Positions 1-11,200 of a stretch of 64,000 nt of DNA are shown here, one piece after another. The position numbers were made by a program, and so were the translations under genes. The stretch is from the NCBI RefSeq assembly GCF_002113885.1, contig NW_018403955.1, forward strand, positions 220,215-284,214, read 5' to 3'. The DNA is from Mizuhopecten yessoensis. Its lineage: Eukaryota. The notes beneath the pieces were generated by a model. It searched no databases and had not been told where the DNA came from. It saw nothing but the letters and a program-made list of their open reading frames with translations. Every line of letters starts with the position of its first letter. Positions within the stretch are counted from its first letter, which is position 1.

Positions 1-545
1 GAGTGGTTAAGCAGGTATACTTCATGTTTATCTAGATATCTTTGACAGTTTAAAAGTTATGGCTTGGACAAGATTTAATTATTAGATGAACCAGAAGGAA
101 AACAAGTATTGATATACAATATGTCATTCAAAGGAGAGACATATTAGCTATTTCCAGTAAAACAAACTCCCGAAGAACATGTACTTATTGTTTGATCTCC
201 TTTAAGTGTCTTGTGATATCATTAACACATACATCACAGGATCTAATAAAGTGAACAATCAATGTAAAATGTGTTTTAAGCTAATGATGATTTTTGAAAT
301 GGTTTTCATCTATTTATGGCAATTTTTCATAACCGGTATCTATATGAGATATTTATAGTTTATATTAAGAAATCCTTAACTTTCTATAAATACTATAAGT
401 GAGAGGTAAATATAAGCTTAAGTCCTTGAATAATGCACACTATAATTGCAGTTGTTTGTATGATCAATGCTTTAAACTATTGACATGGAACTCATTTCGT
501 AATACGGAAAATGATTTTCACATTTTATTATATTTTTTTATACAG

Positions 546-746
546 CTGGGATCTTTAAAGAGACATTTACATCACTTGTCCGGACAACTCCAGAGGTACT
601 ATACCCAATACCTGATTTCTCTGCATTAGACAAGCAAGCACCTCCACCTACAGGAGACCTCTTGCCTCAGAATGCATCCACAATCTTTCTCTCCATCAAC
701 CGATATGAAAGGAAGAAAAATCTCTCTCTTGCTATTGATGCTCTTG
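546..746 (+). CDS. ALG2: ALG2 alpha-1,3/1,6-mannosyltransferase, penultimate coding exon
   Basis: Acceptor tacag| at 545 and donor |gtaag at 747. Translates GIFKETFTSLVRTTPEVLYP...FLSINRYERKKNLSLAIDAL; FLSINRYERKKN is characteristic of ALG2. Phase joins the next exon (G+CC). Confidence 0.92.
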
Positions 747-1055
747 GTAAGAAAGATTTCTTCATTTCTAACATATCATTGTCAAGTAAGATGCATTAAA
801 ATTCATTTTGAGTTGACAACTTGACAATATAATATATTTGATGATCTGGATACAAACAAGTATATACCAATATATTTCACATTGTGATGAATATCAAATA
901 TAATATTCCACAATCAAATCTCAGTCTGGCCAATTGCATTTGTACTCTCAGAACATTGTTGATATTTCATTGATGTTTATTTCATTTTCATAAAAGGTCT
1001 GTAAGATATATTTTTCTTTTCAAAAAAGATGTATCAAAGCTATATTCATTGTATA

Positions 1056-1149
1056 ACGGGGATCCTAAAGGATACTCATTGTATAACAGGGATCCTAAAG
1101 CATACTCATTGTATAACAGGGATCCTAAAGCATACTTCTTGTATAACAG
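1056..1149. repeat. Short 30-bp tandem repeat (~3 copies) in ALG2 intron
   Basis: tcattgtataacagggatcctaaagcatac repeated. Confidence 0.85.
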
Positions 1150-1230
1150 ATTGAAAACAAATGAAAGTACTTTTGAATGTGTTGTGCTTGTACATGAGAT
1201 GTGATATTAAGATTGTATTTGATTTTCCAG

Positions 1231-1826
1231 CCTGTTTAAAGGAAGCCAACGGGAAAAGACTTAACAGTATTCACCTTGTTATGGCAGGCGGATATGATGA
1301 AAGAGTTGTAGAAAACAGAGAATATTATCTGGAACTCAAACAAAGAGCAGATGATGCTGGGATAGCAGAAAATGTCACTTTTATTCGCTCATTCAGTGAT
1401 GCACAAAAAAGGACCCTGCTCCATAACTGTAGTTGCCTTCTATACACACCAGACAGGGAACATTTTGGTATTGTACCGATAGAGGCTATGTACCTGAAAT
1501 GTCCAGTGATCGCAGTTAAAAGTGGCGGTCCCTTGGAAACTGTTGGTCATGAGACCACGGGATTTCTATGTAAACAGAATGATGAAGAATTTGCTTCAGC
1601 CATGATGCAATTTATCAAAAATAAAGACTTGCACACAAAAATGGGGGAGGCTGGTAGGAGCAGAGTGCTGGAACTATTTTCTTTCGAGGCATTTACAAAT
1701 CAACTTGAAGGTGTTGTGAAAAAGCTGTCTGCTCAAGGTCCACGTCAAACACTGACATTATCTCTGATGTGGACAATGGCTTTTGTCTGTGTGTTAGGTC
1801 TACTGTTAGTATACATACTGTTTTGA
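1231..1826 (+). CDS. ALG2: ALG2 last coding exon (GT-B glycosyltransferase C-terminal domain plus hydrophobic tail)
   Basis: Acceptor ttttccag| at 1230. Translates LVMAGGYDERVVENREY...LLYTPDREHFGIVPIEAMY...SGGPLETV (EX7E motif), then a hydrophobic C-terminus and TGA at 1824-1826. Confidence 0.95.
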
Positions 1827-2050
1827 TCATTTGTTTTGTAATCAAGTGATAATTGTCTACACCATTGAAATAGCCTGCATACACACAGTATCGTAGGGAC
1901 CAAAACATTTCGAAGTTACTCTTGAAATGGAATCTTAACAAATATATTTGGTACAATACATGTAACTTGGTGCATTTAGATTAAACATAACAAAAAAAAA
2001 AAAAAAACAAGTTAACATCAAAACCTTGTTTCCAAAAAAGATGAGAAGTT

Positions 2051-2056
2051 AATAAA
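2051..2056 (+). terminator. Candidate ALG2 polyadenylation signal (AATAAA)
   Basis: AATAAA about 225 nt after the ALG2 stop; an ATTAAA near 1980 is an alternative. Confidence 0.45.
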
Positions 2057-2132
2057 TTCAACAGTTTAAATAGTAAATCTAATGTGTACATCTTTTTACA
2101 AGAATTACATACCAGTTGATGTATATTAGACA

Positions 2133-2138
2133 TTTATT
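2133..2138 (-). terminator. Candidate WDR70 polyadenylation signal (AATAAA on minus strand)
   Basis: TTTATT on + strand, about 36 nt downstream of the WDR70 stop. Confidence 0.5.
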
Positions 2139-2173
2139 TATTTACAAATTATATGTACATTAAAAAAACAATT

Positions 2174-2267
2174 TCATCCTAGTTTTGCTTTCTTCCACAA
2201 TGGCTCATCATCATCATCATCCTTCTTCTCCTCCTCAACCTCTTGGAATATCCTCACAGGCTGATTT
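2174..2267 (-). CDS. WDR70: WDR70 last exon (NQPVRIFQEVEEEKKDDDDDEPLWKKAKLG*)
   Basis: tttctag| acceptor; EPxWKK terminus; TGA at 2176-2174. Confidence 0.88.
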
Positions 2268-5200
2268 CTAGAAAAAAATATGTTTTTGTCAAATTTGGAT
2301 GAGTTGTGTATCATTGATATCAGCAAATAATAAATTGAGTTTTATAAGGTGGTACCTGTCTATCATTGCATTCTCATAGTATTTGACAAAAATATAGTAA
2401 AAACTACACTTTGAGAATAAACAGTAGCTCTAGTATTGACACTCTACTGTTTCTGAAACATCAATTAACATTTCTTGGACTAATGCTGTTTGTTTTGGCA
2501 GCCTATTTGAGAAAAGAACTTTAAGGTGTGGTTGAGAATATTTTATGAAAATATTAACATTAAGGTATATTAGATACACATAGAATATTTGGCATACTAG
2601 AACAATTATTACATAACAGTTCCTTTTCGAAATTTATTGACCGACCAGTCACCCAAAATAGTTAAAATGACCACAGCCCAACTTCAAATTACTACGTACT
2701 TTTGTTAAATACTGTTAAAAAAGACTGGAAAATCATTATTATTTTACATGAAAGCATACCAGAGGTTATGCATGAGGTGCATATGTCGCCCCTATATATT
2801 GAGAGAAATCTTGAAAGCTCTTACTTTTTGTATGCTGGTTCCACCCAGAATGGGTTTTCCTCTGCTTCTTTTGCATGGCGTAGAATGGCCTCCCTTGGAT
2901 CATTTTCATATTTATCAGGTTTTCTAAGGACAAGATTTTGGACCACATACTGAGAGAGAGTTGCTCCCCTTTGGGCAACACGACCACCTTCACCTAAGAT
3001 CGAAAATATCATTTTGAACAGAGGTTAGGTAAGAATCTGGTGCTATATTCAACATTTTACTTTCATGTACTCAACACTATCTGGTCACCATGATTTTGTT
3101 TGATATTGATGTTGATTTAAATATATGAGTACCTGAATTTCTCCCATAATAGATAAAAACAAATTGGTTACAAGTGAGCAAAATAATACAAAACCTGGTA
3201 AATTAAAGATTTTTTTAAGCAAGAAATAATGATTCAGTGAAGTAACAAGAAAAAAGATTTTACCTGGCCCAGTGATGGGGAGGTCAGGTCTCCTAGATTT
3301 AACAGGGTCCTTCCTAACCCGCTCCTCTGCTTTACGCGTACTTGTTGGGCGGCCCTCACGGAACATTGGCAGAGCATAGGCTGTAATATATGTGGACAAT
3401 ACACTGAGTACATTGTTTAATATGATATCGCACATAATTATAAAACACAGTATAAAGTCTGTCGTTATATAATGCATCAACTGATCTTAGAAAGATCATC
3501 CACTACAATTTAGAAAGATTACCATGTTTGTCTGCGATGTGGGTTGTTTTGATGCTGTAGGCTTTGTAGAGGCCATATACTGGAGTGACCTATATCTGCC
3601 CTTCATCCACATTTCAAGGTAACCATACTTCATTTTCAACACATCTAAACATCACATCTTAATTACGTTTGATTTGTGTATTAATTTGTTTTTAAGATCT
3701 CATAAAAAGGGTTAGGATCATAATAAGATCACTTCCACATCTAACCAATATCAACCTTCGACCCATATCAACCTAATTAAGGTCCTCTGGCCTCTTAGGC
3801 TGGTTTTGGGTTACAGAGTAGGATATAGAAACGGTATATGATATATAACAGATAATTCTCTTCAATAAAACAAAAGTCTACACTGATAAAACACTCACGT
3901 GTTATAATTTGTTGGGTGGTCATCACTTTAATCTGTCTGCTTTTTCTTTCTGATTTCACAACACTCAACATTGCACCTCTGTAAAGTCACAAAATCATAA
4001 CATTCAATGATACACATAAGGAAGATATGGTCTGGAAACCTTCTTATTTTAGCAAATTTCAATTAATGTGTATTATCAAATTTTAACAGATTGGTGCCTT
4101 GATGAACTGGCACACAATGATAATAGAAAATACATGTAATACATGTAATACACAGAAATTTAATTTACAAAATCATAAATTTAAAGCACAAGAAGCGTTA
4201 AAGAAAAGATTACTGTTAAGATATATATATATAGGTTTATAGTTTGACTAACGTACCTATGAGTATTTCTAACACTAGAATTGGAATATCTTAAAAAGAA
4301 AAAACTGAGGTGACACTACCGTGCCTCTCTCCAAGACATTACAGATATTTTTTAAATGTTTGACTATCATACACAATTTTACTGATAATGTTAAAATGAT
4401 TTCAAACATGTGTTAGTTGTATTGATGCTTTGAAAGAGACGTGAAGGCGTCTATCCAGATTGGAGTCTAATGAGACAACCTCAATCAGAATACTTGGAGA
4501 CACCTGTTATCCCTAGTCTGCATCGCTCATTTCTGATCAACTTCTGGAAGAGAACCTTTCTAGATGGATTCCAAACTGCTGCATCTTGACATCTAGTGGC
4601 AGTCGAGAGAGAAAGCCCAGGGTACGGATTGAAACATCTAGTGGCAGTCGAGAGAGAAAGCCTAGGGTACAGATTGAAACATCTAGTGGCAGTCGAGGGA
4701 GAAAGCCCAGGGTACGGATTGACACCTAGTGGCAGTCGGGAGAGAAAGCCCAGGGTACGGATTGAAACATTTAGTGGCAGTCGAGAGAGAAAGCCCAGGG
4801 TACAGATTAAAACATCTAATGGCAGTCGAGAGAGAGAGCCCAGGGTACGGATTAGACATCTAGTGGCAGTCGAGAGAGAAAGCCCAGGGTACGGATTGAC
4901 ATCTAGTGGCAGTCGAGAGAGAAAGCCTAGGGTACAGATTGAAACATCTAGTGGCAGTCGAGAGAGAGAGCCCAGGGTACGGATTAGACATCTAGTGGCA
5001 GTTGAGAGAGAAAGCCAAGGATACGGATTGACATCGAGTGGCAGTCGAGAGAGAAAAGCCCAGAGTACGGATTGACATCTAGTGGCAGTCGAGAGAGAAA
5101 GCCCAGGGTACGGATTGACATCTAGTGGCAGTCGGGAGAGAAAGCCCAGGTTATGGTCGGCAGTCGAGAAAAAGCCCAGGGTACGGATTGAAACATCTAG

Positions 5201-8200
5201 TGGCAGTCGAGAGAGAAAGCCAAGGGTACAGATTGAAACATCTAGTGGCAGTCGAGAGAGAAAGCCCAGGGTATGGTCGGCAGTCGAGAGAGAAAGCCCA
5301 GGGTATGGATTGACATCTAGTTGCAGTCGAGAGAGAAAGCCTAGGGTACAGATTGAAACATCTAGTGGCAGTCGAGAGAAAAAGCCCAGGGTACGGATTA
5401 GACATCTAGTGGCAGTCGAGAGAGAAAGCCCAGGATACGGATTGACATCTAGTGGCAGTCGAGAGAGAAAAGCCCAGGGTACGGATTGACATCTAGTGGC
5501 AGTCGAGAGAGAAAGCCCAGGGTACAGATTGACATCTAGTGGCAGTCGAGAGAGAAAGCCCAGGGTACGGATTGAAACATCTAGTGGCAGTTGAGAGAGA
5601 AAGCCCAGGGTACGGATTGACATCTAGTGGCAGTCGAGAGAAAATCCAGGGTACAGATTGACATCTAATGGCAGTCGGGAGAGAAAGCCCAGGGTATGGT
5701 CGGCAGTCGAGAGAGAAAGCCCAGGGTACGGATTGAAAGATCTAGTGGCAGGCGGGGGAGAAAGCCCAGGGTACGGATTGAAACATCTAGTGCCAGTCGA
5801 GAGAGAAAGCCCAGGGTACGGATTGAAACATCTAGTGCCAGTCGAGAGAGAAAGCCCAGGGTACGGATTGACATCTAGTGGCAGTCGAGAGAGAAAAGCC
5901 CAGGGTACGGATTGACATCTAGTGGCAGTCGAGAGAGAAAAGCCCAGGGTACGGATTGACATCTAGTGGCAGTCGGGAGAGAAAGCCCAGGATACGGATT
6001 GAAACATCTAGTGGCAGTCGGGAGAGAAAGGCCAGGGTACGGATTGAAACATCTAGTGGCAGTCGGGAGAGAAAGCCCAGGGTACAGATTGAAATATCTA
6101 ATGGCAGTCGGGAGAGAAAGCCCAGGGTACGGATTGAAACATCTAGTGGCAGTCGAGAGAGAAAGCCCAGGGTACGGATTGAAACATCTAGTGGCAGTCG
6201 GGAGAGAGAGCCCAGGGTACGGATTGAAACATCTAGTGGCAGTCGGGAGAGAAAGCCCAGGGTACGGATTGAAAGCTCTATTAGCCTTTACCCTTAATTT
6301 ATGTTTTGGTCTGTGTTATTTTTTTTTGGAACATGTTTTAGTATCACAGTATTCTATCAATGATACAGACATAAAATATCAGTATATTATCAGTAAATCT
6401 ACCAAAACCACTGGCAGTCGCAGACAAAATATAGGATTTCCATGTTTTGGTTTCTTTCTTCATGACTGAAGTGTAACAAAGACTCACCTTTGACTTTTTT
6501 TTGGATCGTAGAAAAGTCTGACTTGGCCGTCTGCACAGCCAACGACCATCTGATTGAGCTTTGGGTGCCATAGACAACGCACAACACTCTGTATAATGCA
6601 ACACAAAAGTACAAAATGAAATTGGATTTTAGGATGGAGATTCGAAAGGAGAAAATTACCATCATCAAATACAGTAGTTCTGGATTCTCAGTAATCTGGC
6701 TTAAATCTTCCAACAAAGTTGCTTCCTACATGTTATCAACCTGGAATTTGTGAAAACAAAAATTCTTTCATAGGCATCAGCAATCTTTCATATACTGTAA
6801 ACCTGAAAATCTCCCTCAATCTAACTTTCACCCTTTACCTATAAATTTGATATTTTCATACAATTGTATGCTGTTCACTAATATTTGCTCATAATTAATT
6901 TGCCCTCAATATACTGTATACATTTTTTTTACCCTAATCAGAACCCTTAGAACACATCAAGCTTTTTCATGGGTCAAAATTGGGTGAAAATAGTTTTTGA
7001 TTAAAGAATAAAACATGAAGATAAACTTGCCAGTTCCCTCTCATTATAAGGCATTGATCTCGTAAATGATCTCGCAAATGAATACTCCATCGAAGAGGAA
7101 TAACTTACCGAGTCGGATATTTCAAGTTCTGACAGCTTGGTTAGTGTGTTTCGTTCATAAAAGAGTAACTTCCCCTTGCCAGTATTCTTCTTAACTGAAA
7201 GTCCTGTGATAATCATTTGATCATCTGGACTGAAAACACAATCTGTGCTGTAAAATAAAAGTAAAATTAGTTTTCCGTGGCAGATCAAAATAAGGATAAA
7301 TCATCCACACAAAACATTAAGATATTTTGTTTAAATACATAACTTTTATATGCTAATTCAACATAATCATGACAAACCATATCAAGGGTAGATTTTCACT
7401 CATACAAACTCCATACAAACCCAACACCAACTCATGAAAATGACAAAGAAACTACATTCAATGTACAAACTACATACAATGTACAAACTCATTCAAAATA
7501 CATACATGTACAAAATATTTTAAAACATACAAATTACAAACTTCATACAGATAACCAGTAGAATTAGTAGAAGCGTCAATAGTAGTCGAAGACTAATTGT
7601 ATTACGTCGACAACGGTGAGTTAACAGTGAGTTAACAACAAATTAAACACAAACTGAATTCCACACAAAGCCATAAATACAACGAACACACAAATTCACA
7701 CAACTTGTGAACAACAACACAAACTACATAAATTACACTAGGTACTTTATTTGTGTTCAGCTATGACTAAGGGGAAAATATTGATTTTAAAGTTTATATT
7801 ACTTTTTTCACTTGCTATTCTGTAATAATATTTATAGGTCAATGGTTAAGGTTCCTAGATGTAAGGAAATAATTTTTGTTCTTACAAAGAGAAGAAGTTG
7901 TCAAGATCATTCACAACATTGAGAGGCTTCTTGAAGTTGCGGATATCCCAGGTTTTCAGGGTATCATCCCCTGTAATTAGAGGCACAATGTAAGTAACTA
8001 TCAAAGGGAACAGATCACACTGGATGTCATACAGTCAAACATGTGTTATGTGAAATCCTCAGGATTCACCGAGTTAAAATATAGTGATAAACTGCTCTGA
8101 AGCCAAATAATGAATATATCTAAGTCTGGAATAACAGATGAAATGACATATGTCTCATTAACCTATCAAAAGCTGGGCGTGCAAAAGTCCTGATGCTCCC

Positions 8201-11200
8201 ATTGGTCACGTTGGTTATGCGGTTTTTATCATTGATTAACTTTACTCAGTTATTGCTGTCAAGAACATGCTGATCAACATCCTTGACATCAACTCTATGC
8301 TTATTTCTCTTGATGATTATTTTAAAAATAATCTTCAGTTACATATCACTGTACATGTGTACAACTATAATTTCGTTATAAATGTCTTAAAGTGTAAATA
8401 TATTTGTGTTACCTCCCCTTGATGCCAGTATCTGTCCGCAGTAGCTGAAGCAGAGACATGACGTATCGCTGCCATTCATGTGACAATTCCTGTTCACCAT
8501 GGAAACATTCACCTACAATAAACAAACACAAACATTGATGAACCTTTCCAAGCATAAATTTTCTTCACAATGACCCCTATCTAAATACCATAAATATTTG
8601 CGTATAGTGCACTTGGGGGAAATGATAATCTCAAGAAAAGGGTGCCCACTATACATAGGAACAATCCAAAACCAGTCCTGGGTCACGACCATTTATCATA
8701 AATATATGAAAATCTTTTTATACTCATAGAATCATTGAGTGAAAAATCGCTAACAGTGATCATACAATTCTGTGAAAGTTGTCTTTCAGACAGGTTAGGA
8801 TTACTAGTTAGGGTCAAAGTAAAAGTTGAAAACTACTGATAAGGAATCACAAAATCAAAACAATAATGGTCTTCCTCATACTGGGGTGATAATTTTTGTC
8901 CAAAAATACTCAAACAACAAAGGTTGGTCAATCAAATTTAAATTCAATTGTGATGTCACTGCAGGAACATATCAACTTATTTTCATAAAGGAACTATTTC
9001 ATCTACTATTTAACACAAAACGTGTATATTATTTGGCTGCAGAACTGTTCATATTTGCCTGAAATCACTGTCTTCATGCCTTCAAAGTCGACCGTCACTA
9101 CATAGAGCATCATTACATATACATTACTACATATACCTGGTAAAAAATCATTCTGAAAGTGATCCTGATAAGACAGAATGTGATAATGAACTCAGAAGGT
9201 GAGGCACTAAGATTTTAACTGTATACATACAAAGGACTTGTTATGGTCCCATATCTGTATAGAGCCATCTTGGCATGCTGTCGCCACCCAGCGGCCATCT
9301 TTGCTGTAGGTGCAGGTGGTGGGGACAGTTTTACGTCCTAACTGGGTCCGTGGTTTGAGAACTGTCTTGTGTTTCTTTCCTTCCATATTCACATCCCATA
9401 ACCTGACAGTGCTGTAAGGGTAAAACAATTATATTAATACTGAACAATTGTTGAATACTTCTTTGAAACATGTATATATTGAAGACTGAAAATGAATATC
9501 TTTTCGCATGTATTATGGTATGCAACACAATTCAATACCAGATATGAAAAATATGTTTTAATCTGTATACTTACATTCTAAATGACAAAGGAAATTGTAT
9601 TTCTCCATTCATGACGCATTTTAAACACATTATTTTACCAAATACATGAAGGAACAGCCATTTTTACTGAAACAAGGTCATGCTTCCTTTGGTTACCTGT
9701 TCTGTCAGGCGAAAAATACCAATCAGACACTATCTAGGAATCTCCATCCTAAAAGTGAATTTGATGTAACATCATTGGCTGGTTCCCAATTACTCTGTAT
9801 ATCCTTTGAACCACAGAAGACAGTTAACATTATAATAAATACAACCATGTCGTGTAATATGAACCCTTATATTACAAATATTCCAACCGTAAGAAAAAAT
9901 TTCAATTTAAGTTCAACACTGTGTTACCTTAAGAAACTTCTGATAATGAAATTTTCTGAAAATTGCTCTATGTTTAGATGTATCTGAAGTAAAATAGTTT
10001 TGTCAAGGAGAATTTTTGCTGAAATTCTTCATTCACTTTCGGTACTTACCCGTCATTGGAACAGGTCATAAATTCTTCCCTTGTTTTAGGATGCCAGCAT
10101 CCTGAGTTCAACATAGCTGAATGTCCCTGAAATGACAGCATATTAGAGTATCCAGCGGTATTTCTGTGAAGTTTGGTGAGTACCTGTCGTCTGATTTTAC
10201 TCTCATCAAATTCATTCTTGGAAGAGAGTGGCAATGATTTGGAATACTTTATTTTTTAATGGGGAATATCGGTAATAAAAGTCCTTCTACTGTATTTGAC
10301 CTCAAATAAGCCTCCTCTCAACTTTGGCAAATGTCCTGGGAACAGGGTGGCTGCCTGCAATTAAGCCCCCTCCCTAATTGTCTCTCTTACAAAAAAAAAG
10401 AGTTAATTTTTGTCTCCGAACATAAGCAAATTAGTTAACTGGTTGCAATAAAAAATTAACCAAAGTTAAAACTCTGCAAATAATTATGTCACTGAATTGT
10501 ACCATAGTAAATACTATAGTGTCATGTACTCTACTGTGATTCTGTATTGGTTTTTAATAAAGCAATTTGTAATTATGTATTCATTAATTAACTAAGGAAT
10601 ATGGATGAATATTATAACAAATTATAACAGAAAATGATATAAACATAACAAAATATCAAGACATCATCTAGATGGTTGAACTTAAAATAAAACATCGTTC
10701 TGTTGCTGAAAGAACACCATGCTTTCGTTTTATAAGGGTTGTGTGTTTTGCAGATTTTAATCTGAAACGAAACATTTGTCTTTACTGTAAAATTATCTTT
10801 GCTAATTACAGGTATCTTTTTTTAATCTTGAATATTCCATACCTTTGTGTTGGACATGTCTAAGAGATATCGGTCTCCCTTTAACTTATTACATACCTTT
10901 GTGTTGGACATGTATGGGTCTCCCTTTAACTTATTCCATACCTTTGTGTTGGACATGTCTGGGGGTCCCTTTAACTTATTCCATACCTTTGTGTTGGACA
11001 TCTCTGGGTCCCCCTTTAACTTATTACATACCTTGGGTTGGACATGTCTAAGAGATATGGATTTCCCGTTAACGTATTACATACCTTTGTGTTGGACACG
11101 TCTGGGTCTCCCTTTAACTTATCCCATACCTTTGTGTTGGACATGTCCGGGTCTCCCTTTAACTTATTACATGCCTTGTGTTGGACATGTCTAAGAGATA

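Noticed and set aside
4430-4585. Possible intronic snoRNA next to the 44-bp array
   Set aside because: No convincing paired C/D or H/ACA boxes with terminal stems found by eye.
4481-6469. SR-like ORFs (SSGSRERKPRVRIET)
   Set aside because: Satellite translations with frequent frameshifting indels, inside a WDR70 intron.
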